Assembly (NCBI GenBank): GCA_951406725.2
Contig: OX597818.1
Span: 144,708,001 to 144,772,000, forward strand
Direction: 5' to 3'
Source of the DNA: Octopus vulgaris
Taxonomy: Eukaryota
DNA length: 64,000 nucleotides
How positions within the stretch are numbered: position 1 is the stretch's first letter; every line of letters starts with the position of its first letter. Below the pieces are notes generated by a model. The model worked only from the letters and a program-made list of their open reading frames with translations, ran no database searches and was not told where the DNA came from. Position numbers and translations under genes: made by a program. Below, piece after piece: positions 25,161 through 38,725 of this stretch.

Positions 25161-27620
25161 TGTAGTGGACCTTACATGCATGAAGTGGATTCGATCCATC
25201 ATAGCCAAATTTAAATTAAGATTGCAACAGAACTTTTCTCACGGTGGAACAATGGTTTTTCTCTGACAGCAGTTTTACATTTTCCAGATGCCTTTAGTTA
25301 GGCCGAAATAATGTCTTCACCACTCAACCTACAGTGACAACGAAGTCTGGCTGACCACCTAGAACCTTGGTCAGAGTGAGAAATGAAGTTTAGTGTCAGC
25401 AACTGTGAGACAACACCCTACAACTCCCACTAGCTCTAATTCTGTTCTCTTACAACATCATTCTATCTCTCTCTGTATTTACTACTAAACAATGAAGAGG
25501 ACACAAACACAAACTTTACTTCGCATGCTTTTGGATTTATCATTAGCTGCCCGTCGAGGCAAGGTATTGTAACATAACGGTAAATAAATACTTTCTTAAA
25601 ACTTCATGCATTGTTCATCTTTCACTTCCTACAGTATGCAATTATAATTACAAATGTTTATCGTTGCAACTGCTGACTCCGGCATTTCATAATATTGTTT
25701 ACAAATCAATTTCTCCCGTTACAAGTGGTGACCCTGAACAAGAGAATTGCAGCATTCCCAAGAATCAACCGTTACAAACTGGCGACTCCAACGTTGCACC
25801 ATAACAGGCATCGCTACAAAAATAAAACTTCATCGCTTACAACTTGGCGAACCCGTGTAAAGAGAATTACTACCTTCTGATGCTAGATGCCGCTGCATTT
25901 TGCTGATTCGAACTGAAGAACTAGAATATCTACAGTCGCAAAAACAAAAGGAAAATAATGACAACCTTCGTCACCATCAAGATGCACCCTCCATCGACCT
26001 GCTACAGAAAGCACTATACTGCAATGCAATCTACGATGCACTTCACAACAATGCAACACTGCCGATGCACAAGGAATTCGCCGACCATGAAAGCCTATAA
26101 GCACAACATTTTGACAACTCAGTGCCCAGAAACTAACTGGAAGAAAATACGGAAGCCCGCACATGCAACCTTTTCGGCACACACACGCTTTTCGTCTCGT
26201 CCCGACGTACAAACCCTGCATTGTCTATGAACTTTGCACGTACATAAGACTCACACACAAACTTTCAACAACTCTTTTTCTTTGCATGCATATCTTCTTT
26301 TCACTATCAGCAGGAGACTTTTAACAAAGGACACTATTTTCAACTAAGTTGTTATTTTCGCTTATTCTATTGTCCTGTTTGCACTGCACACTTTCATTTG
26401 TTTTACGAGTTACACATATTCCACGATGCCCACATTCCACGATGCCCACATTCCACGATGCCCACATTCCGCGATGCACATATACCGCGATGCACACATT
26501 CCGCGATGCACATATACCGCGATGCACACGTTCCGCGATGCACACATTCCGCGAAGCACACATTCCGCGATGCACAAATTCTGCGACGACTCGTTTCACT
26601 AAAACAGTTAAATTCCTGTGCATATCTTTTTGAATGTTCTTTATTATTATTCATATTTTGCTTGTACATTTTTTTCGTCCACTCTGAAAATGTTTGTATT
26701 GTTTACATACACGCATGCACCTTTCCTTACAGCCTGGCCTTGCGCACGCATCTGCACACATTGTTACACACACATACGCTAACTCTGTCACATTCATGCA
26801 TAACACATGCCTTTCTCGCTTGTTTTCCATGTTCAATGCGCCCTTGTAGACACAACTCATATCTGTAAGACCCTAGGTCGGTCACGCAAACATAGAGAAA
26901 GTTGTTTATCTCTTACAATGTGCCAGCATGCCACACTTTCGCTCCTGAACGATCGAGGCATATAATACCTCATACACCGGCTGGCAGCCTCAGCCTTACT
27001 GCATTAATCTCTAGCATATTCAATACTGTACACTGTATTTGTAATCAATGCACTAGCATTAGCCTCAGCCTAGCAAGCTCTATTGCACACATGCACATGT
27101 ATCTCTATTATGCATCTACTACCTTGTTTTGCAACACGTCTGTGTCAGCTCAATTCTTCTCCCGACTCGAACAATGTCGTGTGATCACATGCTCTGCGCT
27201 CATGTTTAGACATAATTTCCCCCTGTTAGAACCCTGTTTGGTCACGTAATTAACAGAGAAAATTATATGTCTCACGCATCATTTCAGCATGCAAACAATG
27301 TCGTCCTTGCTAATTCAGTAATTACCCACGACAACAGCACCAGATGCATTTCACTGCTGAAAAACATTTCAAGGCATTTACCATGCATCTTTTTTTGTCT
27401 CCGTCGATCGTTCGTTTCCTTTCCTGGAACCTCACTGGCGAGGGGAGTGATGTAGTGGATCTTGCATGCATGAAGTCGATTCGATCCACCATAGCCAAAT
27501 TTAAATTAACACTGCAACAGAACTTTTCCCATGGTAGAACAATGGTTATTCTCTGACAGCAGTTTTACTTTTTCTAGATGCCTTTAGCTAGGCCGAAATA
27601 ATGTCTTCACCACTTGACCC
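25161..27620. repeat. Pair of ~165-bp direct repeats (25161-25330 and 27451-27620)
   Basis: Both read TGTAGTGGAYCTTRCATGCATGAAGT.GATTCGATCCA...GGCCGAAATAATGTCTTCACCACT. Confidence 0.85.
26413..26590. repeat. 16-bp minisatellite CCGCGATGCACACATT, about 11 units
   Basis: Tandem units visible directly, with variants CCACGATGCCCACATT and CCGCGATGCACATATA. Confidence 0.9.
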
Positions 27621-27818
27621 TTTCTAACCTCTTCTACTTCACCAAAAGCTAGAATAGAGATAACAAGACCACCAACTAAATCTATTGTTCTCAATGATAT
27701 ATCTATCATTCTGGATAGTTACAAAAGCAAGAACACCCCAAGCAAAACTCAGTCGGTGACGACTCAACGAGTTCAGTCACATGGTAACGACTTAACCAGT
27801 TTGTCGCGTACACACACA

Positions 27819-27865
<47 letters not shown>

Positions 27866-27870
<5 letters not shown>

Positions 27871-28022
27871 GATCATCCCATAAATAATGCGGTTTTTATG
27901 TTTCTTTTATTTTTCAAAATAAAAATAAAGTTCTTTTTTAATCTAAAATATACTCTCCTTCATTTTGTACAATGCTCTTCCATCTATCTAGTAGACTTGC
28001 AAGGCCCCTCTTCCAAATTTCC
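27866..28022 (-). mobile_element. Mariner 3' fragment, different family from the element at 17145
   Basis: Minus strand encodes WKRGLASLLDRWKSIVQNEGEYILD*. TIR-like TCAGATCATCCCATAAATAATGCG next to (TA)n. Confidence 0.7.
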
Positions 28023-29137
28023 CTTCTCCGTGATTCAAGAACAATATCAAAAGGGTCAAGAACAGTAGCGGCAGCAACAGAAGAGAAAATGTAGGTGAGA
28101 GGAGGGTCATAGTACTAAGAACAACGACAATAACGATGACAAAAACATAAAGGGTATAAGACCATATATACACACATAAACACTCATGCAAAACACATAG
28201 ACACGCGTACGCATACGCACGCACACACACAAACGCATGTACACACACATACGTACAGACGCAAACACATAGAAGGATACACACCATAGAAGAATAGAAT
28301 TGACTAAGTAGAACAGGAGCACACACGAGGTCGGAAATTGTAGCTGAAGAGGTCACAGATGTGTGACGAAAGATTTCTGGATAATGGACATGAATTAAAA
28401 TAAGAACAGTAATAAACGAGTGAAGAACGAATATACAGTGCGTGTAACTTCGAATATTATTTTAGTAAATTTAAAGTGATTTCTTTCGTGCTGTAAACTA
28501 TTTATTATTTCTGTGGTACCCCACTTTCCTTGATGCCCTAAGCACATGCTTATTTTGCCTACCAGTTAATCCAGCGTTGCCTATCGTCATTTTCAATCGA
28601 GCATCTGTGGCGAAACAGAGAGGTCGTAAAAGACTATTTACGAATCTCATTTCGTGTATCAATGTCATGCTTTTTCCGAAAAAAGTTATTTGTTTCATCT
28701 AGAATAAGATCTATGTACGGTTTTCATGTTATATTAAATCTATGTACGTTCCATGCATTGGTTGTCACGTGTGAAACTATGGGATGTCGCTGTCGTCATT
28801 TCCTGTTCCTTTTGCTAATTACTTTCATTTTTTAGATTAGTTTACTTTAATTTTGTTTGTTTGTTTACCGCTGTAAACTGCTTATTTACCCAAAGTTTGA
28901 CACGTTGGTTAAGGTAGTGCGACAAATTCTGAAAAATGGTCACAACCATCGCCGACACCGTCACCGCTACCACCACCGCCACCGTAACTGCTACCTACAC
29001 CGCCACCACCACCTTGACCATCGTCGACACCGCCACCACCTTTTCGTTCTGAGTTCTAATACTACAGAAGTCAACTTTGTCTCTCATCCTTTAGGGGTCG
29101 ATAAAATAAGTACTACTTGAGCAATGGGACCGATCTC

Positions 29138-29552
29138 GGATCTTTTCAGCTTGAACGGCAGATTTTTAAAATAATTTCTAGGTAACTAAAAAATTTTAAA
29201 CTTCGTATACTGGTAGAATGTGTTTATAAAACATCTATTTCTCTTGGCTTAATTGAGAAGATTCTATAGTTTGTAAGATATTTGTTTTTTTTTTTCAATT
29301 TCTGCAATTTCAACCAATCAGTGACGTCTATTGAGGTAAAAAACATTCGGTGCCGTATGAAAATGTCCCTCGTTTAAGAAACAGATTGGGTTTATTTACT
29401 TTTGTGAAAAAAAAAAGATACCCTTCCCCCCACCCCTAATCTTAACCCTAAAACAGATTGAAATGCAATAGATCGATACTAGGGTCATAATTATGGGTGA
29501 CAATTTCATATGACACCGCTAGAAAAAAATGCCGTTCAAACCGAAAAAATCC
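29138..29552. mobile_element. MITE with GG-starting TIRs and 8-bp TSD, inserted in a SINE
   Basis: TIRs GGATCTTTTCAGCTTGAACGGCA / TGCCGTTCAAACCGAAAAAATCC. TSD CCGATCTC at 29130-29137 and 29553-29560. Partial copy at 30070-30300, relative at about 51530-51841. Confidence 0.85.
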
Positions 29553-31450
29553 CCGATCTCTTCAAAATTGCTGGCCTTGTGCCAAAATTAGAAAAAAAAA
29601 TTATTAATGAGGACGGTGGATAACAGAATCAGTAGAACGCCTAACAAAATGTCTTGTAAGTTTGGTTATCAATCTTCGTATTATATTGAGGTCGACTTTA
29701 CATTTCATCATTCCAGAGTTCATAGCATAGAGAGTCTCAGTCAAGTAATGAGAAGGCCATCTCGAGTCATTGGCATTACTCACTAACAGATATGTTCCAG
29801 CCTCTGGCCCACAAGCCTGTTCCTTTCTCTTTTTCGCTCCTATAATGGCCTCTGTTTCTTTCAGTTGGCTGGGCTCCTGCTGCCTCTACCCGGCACCCTG
29901 ACCCACTCATCACAGTCTCTCGTCACTCTTGTTGCATTCAAACGGACCTCCTCCCACTTCAAATCATTATGTTCACTCCGCCCTATACTGAACATTGTCC
30001 TCTGAAATCTCTGCTCATGGCTTACCTGCAGTTGCTAGCCAAATAGATTGTCTCAACAGAATATTAACAGGATCTTTTCGGTTTGAACGGCAGTTTTTAA
30101 CATAATTTCTAGGTAACTAAAAAATTTTAAACTTCGTATACTGGTAGAATATGTTTATAAAACATCTTTTTCTCTTGGCTTTATTGAGAAAATTCTAGTT
30201 TGTAAGATATTTGTTGTTTTTTCTTCAATTTCTGCAATTTCAACCAATCAATGACGTCTGTTGAGGTGAAAACATTCTGTGTCGTATGAATATGTCCCTC
30301 ACCAGTCCCGGAAAGCCTGCAAAGATGTCATAGCACTACCCATTCCTAAGCAAATAGTTAAAAAAAAAAGTCCGTAATAGTGACTGTACCCTTTCTTATT
30401 GTATTATTACAAATGCATTGTTACAAATAACAGAGCACCACCGCACTACAGAAATGCCTCGTAAAAAAGTATTTGAAAAACTCTATCTTTCACGGTTGCA
30501 AATAAATATCGCAAAGGGGATCGGTTTTGTCTATCCTCTGTGTTAACAGTATAAGTTCTAGTAGTATCGTCATCATTATAACTTCATGTGTCATACGCTA
30601 CCCAAGCCTCTGCGTCCACTTTATTCCATCGTGATAGAGATGGGTTATTTAGGAGTGGTCTCCACAGTGCATTACGAGAGAGAGAGAGAGGGGGGAGGAG
30701 GAGGAGAGAGAGAGAGAGATGGAGGCGATTTTAAGACTTGTACTTCAGTTTATAGACTCTGTAAAGATGAAAGGTAAAAATTGACCACAAAAGGAGTTGA
30801 CCGCAGAACGCAAAGAGCCGGAACAATTCCATTAGGTATTTGTTTAACGCTCTAACGATACTGCCAAACAATCTCTATAGTTTGCACGCTGAAGTTACAT
30901 AAGCTGTTCTACTCTCGCCTCTTCGACAAACGTAGCTTTGTTTCTTCTGAAAAGACCAATATTCTTGATAGGAACCGAAAGGCCCCTCAGCACCAATTAA
31001 GACCCATGAACAACTACCTGTCTCGACAGAGCCTCGTTTAGCTCGTTTAGTACAGTTTGGATTATCTCCCTTTCGGCAACTTCACTTTTGCGATTCGGTC
31101 AATGTTTTCGGTCAGAAGAAATCATGACGAGTTCCACGTTCCAACACGGATCCACGATTCATTCCACAAGTCGGCAGCTCAAGGATATCTTTCCTTCTTT
31201 ATTTTCGCTCTTATTGAGAATATGACCGTAAGTGTTGTTGGATATATTTCCATAGTTCTTTGGTAAAACCTTTCTTTATGTCTTTGGCCGTTATTTCGTG
31301 GCAGAGAATATCTTTCTTTAGAATCTATTTCTCTTGTTTTGTGTCAGATTCCTTCGCTTTTTATTAAATTGTAGAGGAAGATGTTGAGCTCAAGAATATT
31401 TTATATCAGGAAGAATTCTCAACATTGTCTATAAGAAGAAATAAAACGTG

Positions 31451-31511
<61 letters not shown>

Positions 31512-32472
31512 TGTTTCTCTGTTTTCTTGATTACTTTGGACAATTAGTTTCATTAGCGTCGAATTCAGTAAAGCCACAATATGTACTCAATAACCATAGC
31601 CACAATATCTACACAGTAAACTATCCCCCGTTTCTGTAGAGAGGTTCGGTGAACTCGGCCAACTTTACCAAAATCTGGCCGTAAAGAAACTTGTTTTAAC
31701 CTGCCAGACACAATTGATACAATTTAGGCGAGCAGTAATAGGGTGTTGATAAAGTTTATTTAGCAGGATTTTGGCACAAGATCCAGTCTTCGACACTGCT
31801 CACACGCACACACACACATATATATACATATATTCCATATACAAGTACTAAGTAAAGATCTGTCCACCTTCCTCTCACCCTCTCACATACATACATACAT
31901 TCATATGGACTATATGAATAAAGGCTACATAGATATTAAGCTTCCTCTTTCTCATATATATATATATATATGTATACATATACATACACACACACAATTA
32001 TATTGCAATAGTATTTAGTTTGAAGGCAACCGACTTGGCCTTTCATTTCTTAAGGATCGATGATATAAGTATCTGGCATTTATTCTGGTCAATTTAATCG
32101 GATTTATTCCTTTCCCTCATCTTGCAAATTTTCTTTCTTTCTGCCAGTCTTAGAAAGTTCACTATTCCAATTTCGCCCAAGTCCACTTTAGTTTTTCATT
32201 CAACCAGGATCGATTTAATAAAGTACCTTCACCAGCAAAGTACTGGTTACCAAGGAATCGATTGCAATCACCACCTTTCAAATATATAAATATATGACCA
32301 TATATTTTTATTATTTCAACAATTATATGTCATAGTAAATACACTAGAAGAAAAAAATATGTTACCACAATGTTATAGCTTCTATTTTGTTTATTCTTAA
32401 ATATAAATACACATGACAATATGTGTATGTTCGAATTTTTACTATCGATTTTCCATGCTAACATGGGTTAGA

Positions 32473-32519
<47 letters not shown>

Positions 32520-34594
32520 TGTGTGTGTATGTGTATGTGTTTACAGCTTATATCTTTTTGATATCATTTCCTGATATGTATTTACTATTTGTTCTTTTTC
32601 TATCTTTTAAGTTGCATCTTTTTACACTATAATTACTTTCAGTTTAGTTGTAATTATTACCTTTCTTATCGTTAATTGATTTACCCAAGTAGTTTGTCCT
32701 TAAGTTCCTGTCAAAAATATCTTTGCATATTTTTAGAATTTTAGTTATTCTTCTCTGAGGTGAATATTTCATATGCAGATTGTATTTGTATAAATTGATA
32801 TTGGAAAAGCGTGGGTTCCACCTCTTCCCCCGTTTATCATTTCCGTTGCTAACAAAATCAGATTATTTTTTTACGAAAAGACAAATTTGGGACATATTTC
32901 AATTTCATAAATGTCATTTATTTAAAAATCTGAGATTACAATGAATATTCGTTTCATATATCTACAAAAAACTCACTACAAACATTTGACATGCCTCGTT
33001 TATTTTTGTTAACAAGAAAAATGAATATTTGTTCTTCCTGAGGTATAAATCATTCGAAAAAAACCTGTATTTCTCTTCTGGTTGATTAGTGCCAAAAAGA
33101 AAAGAAAATGATAAACAAACAATAATTCAAGGGAAATAATATATTTTAATATTTAGCCACTTGTTTAGCCCTAGGTCAACACAATGATCCTGCACACATG
33201 ATCAAACGCATTCAAATGTTTTACTTAATACATTCTTCTCTTTTTAAACGATTGGGTGTAAAGGAGGCTGTTATTTCTAGCAATTCGATCGACCACACAG
33301 AAACTTACCCGCAGATTGGAGTTTTGTGGGTTAGTTTATACTCGGAGTTTAAAATTTATTTCATAATTCTCTCCTACTATGTTTTTCGATACAGTTTCTC
33401 TTTTAATGTTAATTCCTCGTATTGTTCTTACCCCCGATCGAATTGCCGCAGTGTATGACTGGTACATACTTAATTAATCCCTTAATACACGGAGAGATTC
33501 GAAATCGAGACGAAGATAGATGTAACTAAATACCCAGTCCAGTGTATTTATTGTAGTATATCTCTTTATTGTTGTAAAATAAAATCGAAGAACAAAGATT
33601 AAAAAAAAAACATTAAAAATAAAAAAAACTCTTGCCCCTCTCTGCTCCACTACAAACTTTCTAAAAAATTTTATTTCAAAAGTATTGAATCCTGCCTGAC
33701 TACTTTGCTTATATTTTGCTGATCTTTGTTGGTTCATCGACATAAGAGGAGTCTCTACGTTGATATTTGACTTGCTAGAAATAGCAGCCAAATGTCTTAA
33801 ACTTTGTCTTTCCTTCTTTACAAAGAACACAACTAGATGGTCACAGCTGGAATACCGTTGATTATAAGTCTGCTTAATTTAGGGCCTCAGGCCTAAACAA
33901 CGACAGTAACTATCTGTTGCTCAACACTGCAATTTTCATTATCATTTTTTTTTTTTTTCATTTATTTAGTAATCACTTTCTTTTTTCACATTAAATTCTG
34001 ATATAATCGTTATATATATCATCTGAAAGGTATTTGTAGAAGATTTCATTAGAAAATATCCATTGTTCTTAAAGTTACGAGGAAACAAATTTGGGATGGG
34101 AGTATACTTGTGTAGGTAGGCCAATAATAATCTTTTCTACTACAGTGTCTGGAATTTGGGGAGAGTTGGGTCTGGTGGATTCCATCGACCCCAAGTCCTC
34201 CACTGATTCTTTATCAACCTCCAAAGGATTGAATGTAAAGTTGACCTCGGCGTAAGTTCAACTCAGTACGTAAAGCCACTGGTTTCTGATAGTTTCTAAG
34301 TTAGGCATAAAAGTCAGTAGTTTTGGGAGGAGGAGTTTAGTCGATACCATTGACCCAGTGCTTGACTGATCTGGACTGCGGAGAAATGAAAGGCGAAAAA
34401 ATAAAATTTAGTTTGTTGAAGGAAAAAGGCAACGAAACATTGTTATCTCCCTTCGTGATTTGTTTGACGTACAAGACCAACAACTGGACCTTTACGTGGT
34501 CGCTCAAAATGCTAGAAATAGCAGCCAAGTCTTCCTCAGCTCACATTTCACCTTTTAAAAAAAAGAAAAGATGCAAAATATTAAGCAAAATATA

Positions 34595-35484
34595 CGAGGA
34601 GCATTCCTGAAGTTTTTGAGGCTTTTTTTTAGCAGAAGCAGTTATAACTGTTCTAGATTATTGCAATTTTAGAAGTTAGCATATCTTTATTTCGTTTATC
34701 ATTACATGTCTAATGGCTGACATGTCAACTTTTGTTATTCCAGATGGAATGAGATGGCAGTAACAGCATTTTGAACACATCATACTAAGCACTGCTCGTC
34801 ACAGCTGACTATAATGTGCAGAATGCAGTCAGGACATTTGGGAGCTTGTCATGCAATAAAGTTTTGTATTAGACTGGGCAAAATCTTTATTGATATTTAT
34901 GAAATGCTCCAGCCTATTTGTGGATTAACCTTTTTGCTAGCATAAGAAGTTCAAGGGTAGCAGAGAGTAAGTGTGAGAGGGAGAGGAACATCAGAGGTGG
35001 TTGAGAAAATTGGCAATTTTCTGGATGACATTGTGTGTCTATAAAGACAATAAACATCCAATTTGGAGTTGGTGTAGCAACTATACACACAACTATTCAC
35101 GATGATGTGAACTTGCGCCAAATTTGTGCAAATTTTGTTCCCAAGGTGCTCAGTGATGAGCATCCTAGCAACCATCTATTTGACAGAGATGAGTATCAAA
35201 ACTGTCCCTTACCCTCCTTATAGTCCAGACCTTACTTCCTGTGACTTTTGCTTGTATCCCAAGCTGAAGGGGAACCACACAAGTAGTCTACTTTGAAGTT
35301 GAAGGACACATTCACTTTGGAGTACTTCAATGGGGGGGGGGGGCTTCACAAAGTGGCTGGAGTGCTACAACAAGTGAATTGAAGTCAGAGGATCCTACTT
35401 TGAAGGAGATTAGAGTTTTGTACTATTTTGAAATTGATAAATGTTTCGCCTGAAAGTGTCTGAAAACTTATGGAATGCACTTCA
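34595..35484 (+). mobile_element. Old, internally deleted mariner
   Basis: TA-flanked degenerate TIRs. Encodes ANFVPKVL and PPYSPDLTSCDFCLYPKLK. Confidence 0.8.
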
Positions 35485-37289
35485 TAGTCCCTCATTTACA
35501 AAAGAACGGGGTCACAACTAGAACATCTTTGATCATAGATCTGCTTGATTAGAGTTGACACAGGGGTTAAACAACAACAACTGCCATGAGACAAACCAAA
35601 AAGTGTACCTCTGTATGGTTACACAAACTGCTAGAAATAATAGCCAAACCTTTTTCAAATTAATTTTTTGTCTGAAAAAAAAATGGTAATTTATATTTGA
35701 TTACAATGAAATCTTTGTTAGAATTTCATTTAAATTTAGGAATCATTGTAGGAACATAAACTGACCGTAGTAATTGACTGCTATTTTATTTTAAGTGCTC
35801 TAAATACCATGAAAAAGATGGGATGTTATGAATGGAATCTCTGTTGGATTCTGACAATATGGCTAAAAAAACAGTAAGCTTTGTGGGGAACTTTGGCCCA
35901 ACATTTCAAAGTAACAAAATATTTGTGTCTTCCTCATTGTTTACATTTGCATTGTCCTAGCCTCTGAGAAAGAGATACAGGCAATGTGACATTTATTGAT
36001 TCAAATTCACCTTTTGTATTGCACTATGATCAGAATGCTTAATCTTGATTGTTCTTTAGTCTCAGGCAAGCTCTGATAAGATCCTCTTGTCTTTTATTAT
36101 TGAAACATTGTTTAATACTACATTATCCAATGTATTCTTTTATTGCATTTTAAAGATAATAGGTGTAATTTGAGGAAGATTTACCTGCTATTTCTAGCAT
36201 AAATCTTCCTCCCTGGATCATTGTTAATAGTGTTTCTAATACCATTGTTCTTGTTTTTAGCCTCAGATAAATCCTGACCAAACAGCCCTTTTCTCATCAT
36301 GGCCATTCCATCTCTTTTTCAAGACATTGAATGCAAGGCTACAAATATCTAATGTTTTCATACATTCTTTTATGATGGTTAAATGTAATTTGAGGGAAAT
36401 TTGGCTGTTATGTTTAGGAAGTGGAGCAGTTGTATAAAGGCTCCTTCAGTAGTTCATATGGAATATATTCTGTAATAGACAGGGAGTAAATATCAAAAGG
36501 AATTTTTTTTTGCTTCAAAAGTTATTAAACTGGGGATAATTACTGAAATAGACCATGAAAATGCAAACAGCCTGGCTGGTTATGGCTAGAATGCATTTGA
36601 TCATAGGTTTGTTTAATCAGGGCTGATCTTAAACTTATTAGCACCAATTCCCATCTCTGTAAATTTGACTTGGTTATTATTAAGAGAGAGGATTAGCTTT
36701 AGAGTGGTCCACTGATAAAACTTTTACAGTATTAGACAAAATGTCACAAGGCATTTGTTCAGGCTCTTTATATTTTGATGCCAAAATCTCACAAAGGTCA
36801 ACTTTGCTTTTCATACTTCTGGGGTCAATAGAATAAAGTACCAGTCAAGTACTGGGGTCAATTTAATCGATTAACTCCTATCCCCAAATTTGAAACCTTG
36901 TGGCTGTGTTAAAAAAACATTATTATTGACAGAATTGTCTTGACCATCAAACAAAATACTTAGTAGTATTTGTTCTAGCTCTTTGCATTCTGAGTTCAAA
37001 TCCTGCTGACGTTAACTTTGCCGTTTCTCTTTATGACTTTGGTAAAAGGAAGTACCAGACTAGATATGGGGGTTGATGCAAACTTGCTTGATTTCTGGCC
37101 TTGTGCCTATGTAAGAAATTATATTTACTTTTGTTTCAGTGCCACTACAAATCTTTGATTTATCTTTTGTTTTTTTATTTCTTTTTCAGCTCAATGCTAA
37201 ACAATAAACAATACTAGATAACATTTATTTCAAATTTATTCACAAGTGTACTACTTTGTGCTCGGAGGTGCTGTTCTTCTCTACTAAAG

Positions 37290-37797
37290 ATGTCTCGCTA
37301 TGATGTAGAGAAGTTCCATCCACCCCCAGACCCTGAACTGATTTGCTGTATCTGCCAGTGTGTACTCGACAATGCAAAAGAAAGCCCATGTCGCCATGTC
37401 TTCTGTAAAGTGTGCATAGAGCAGTGGCTGGAGGATCACAACAGTTGTCCAACATGTCGTACGTGGTTGAGTAAGCATGACCTTCAGAATGTGCTGCCCC
37501 TTGTTCAAAACATGATCAATAAATTGGCCATGTACTGTGACTTCCGTAATAATGGCTGTGATGAGAAAATTATACTGGAAATGTATGATGCGCACATTCA
37601 GAAGTGTGACTTCAAACTATTGCAGTGTCCCTACCCCGGTTGCAATTCAACTGTATTACATAAGGACCTTTCCAAACATATGAATGAACTGTGCACTTTC
37701 CGGGAGGTAACCTGCAACAGAGGTTGTTATTTAAAAATCCCAATTAATGAAGTACCTGTCCATGACTGCCTTTCTTCTTTAAAGAAAAAATCAGAAA
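37290..37797 (+). CDS. RING-HC plus TRAF/SIAH-type zinc-finger E3 ligase-like protein (RNF151/RNF41/PDZRN3-like N-terminus), coding exon 1
   Basis: Acceptor ctttttcag ends at 37189. C3HC4 RING CCICQCVL...CRHVFCKVC...CPTC, then CDFRNNGC..HIQKC, CPYPGC..HMNELC, CNRGC..HDC. Donor gtaagt at 37798, phase 1. Confidence 0.92.
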
Positions 37798-38637
37798 GTA
37801 AGTGGGTTTTTTAAATTTTTTCTTTTTTTCCTCATTTTTCCAAAATATAAAATCAAAGTATGTGCCACCAATTTCATGCTCATGTGTCTGAACCTACTTT
37901 AAAGCACTTTTTTGTGGTTCTCATATCTTTAGTTGGTCTATCAGGCAACACAGATTCTGCTCCTACTTTCTAGTTAGCTGTAGGAATGGCATCCTGCTTT
38001 GAAAATAAATGTGTCCAATAAAATACAAACCTCATCAATGCTAACTTGGAAAAATTAATGTAAAACAGCCGTAACTTATAAAGATGTATTTAATTAAGGA
38101 GTAGAAGGAGCCTGTGGAGAGAGAAAAGTAGTGAAAGCTAATCTCAGGATGCTCATAAAGGATGTTTTCAGGAAATTTATGAAGGAGATGACAAGTGGCA
38201 AGACTCTGTGCTGGAGCAGATATGTCTGACTCATACCAACATGTGGGGTGGGGGAATGTATGCAAAATAATAATGAGAAGGAATAAGTTGACAAAAGTAG
38301 TAGAATGCTTGAGTGAATTACGTATAGGACTTAGATTTGTCCCATTGTGTTCTGAGTTCAAATTTGTATTGGAAACTTCTTCACTCTTCATCCGTCTATT
38401 ATTGGTTTAAAATTTTGGCTCAAGGCCAGCAATTTCAAGAGAGGGTGTAAGTCAATTACATTGACTCCAGTGATACATATCATATTTATATATAATCATA
38501 CATATAATCATACATATATGCTAGCATGGAAAGCGGACGCTAAATGATGATGATGATGATGATGATATATACATATATATATAATCATATATATATATAT
38601 TCATATATATATATATATGTACATTATATATGTAGCT

Positions 38638-38725
38638 GTCAGGATGGCTGAGCGGTCTAAGGCGCCAGGACGTAGAGTATTCTGGTCCACGAACGTGGGC
38701 GTGGGTTCGTGTCCCACTTCTGACA
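38638..38725 (+). pseudogene. tRNA-Leu (CAA-type) pseudogene lacking a canonical anticodon loop
   Basis: GTCAGGATGGCTGAGCGGTCTAAGGCGCCAG...TTCTGGTCCACGAACGTGGGCGTGGGTTCGTGTCCCACTTCTGACA matches the eukaryotic Leu-CAA body with a long variable arm. The ACTCAAG segment is absent. Confidence 0.8.

Noticed and set aside
26321-26868. Repetitive ORFs or a CRISPR-like array
   Set aside because: Head-to-tail 16-bp minisatellite with no spacers and no cas genes, in a eukaryotic context.
28755-28815. Promoter-like cluster (ATTGG, CACGTG, TTTCCTGT)
   Set aside because: Short motifs expected by chance, and no transcript could be linked to them with confidence.
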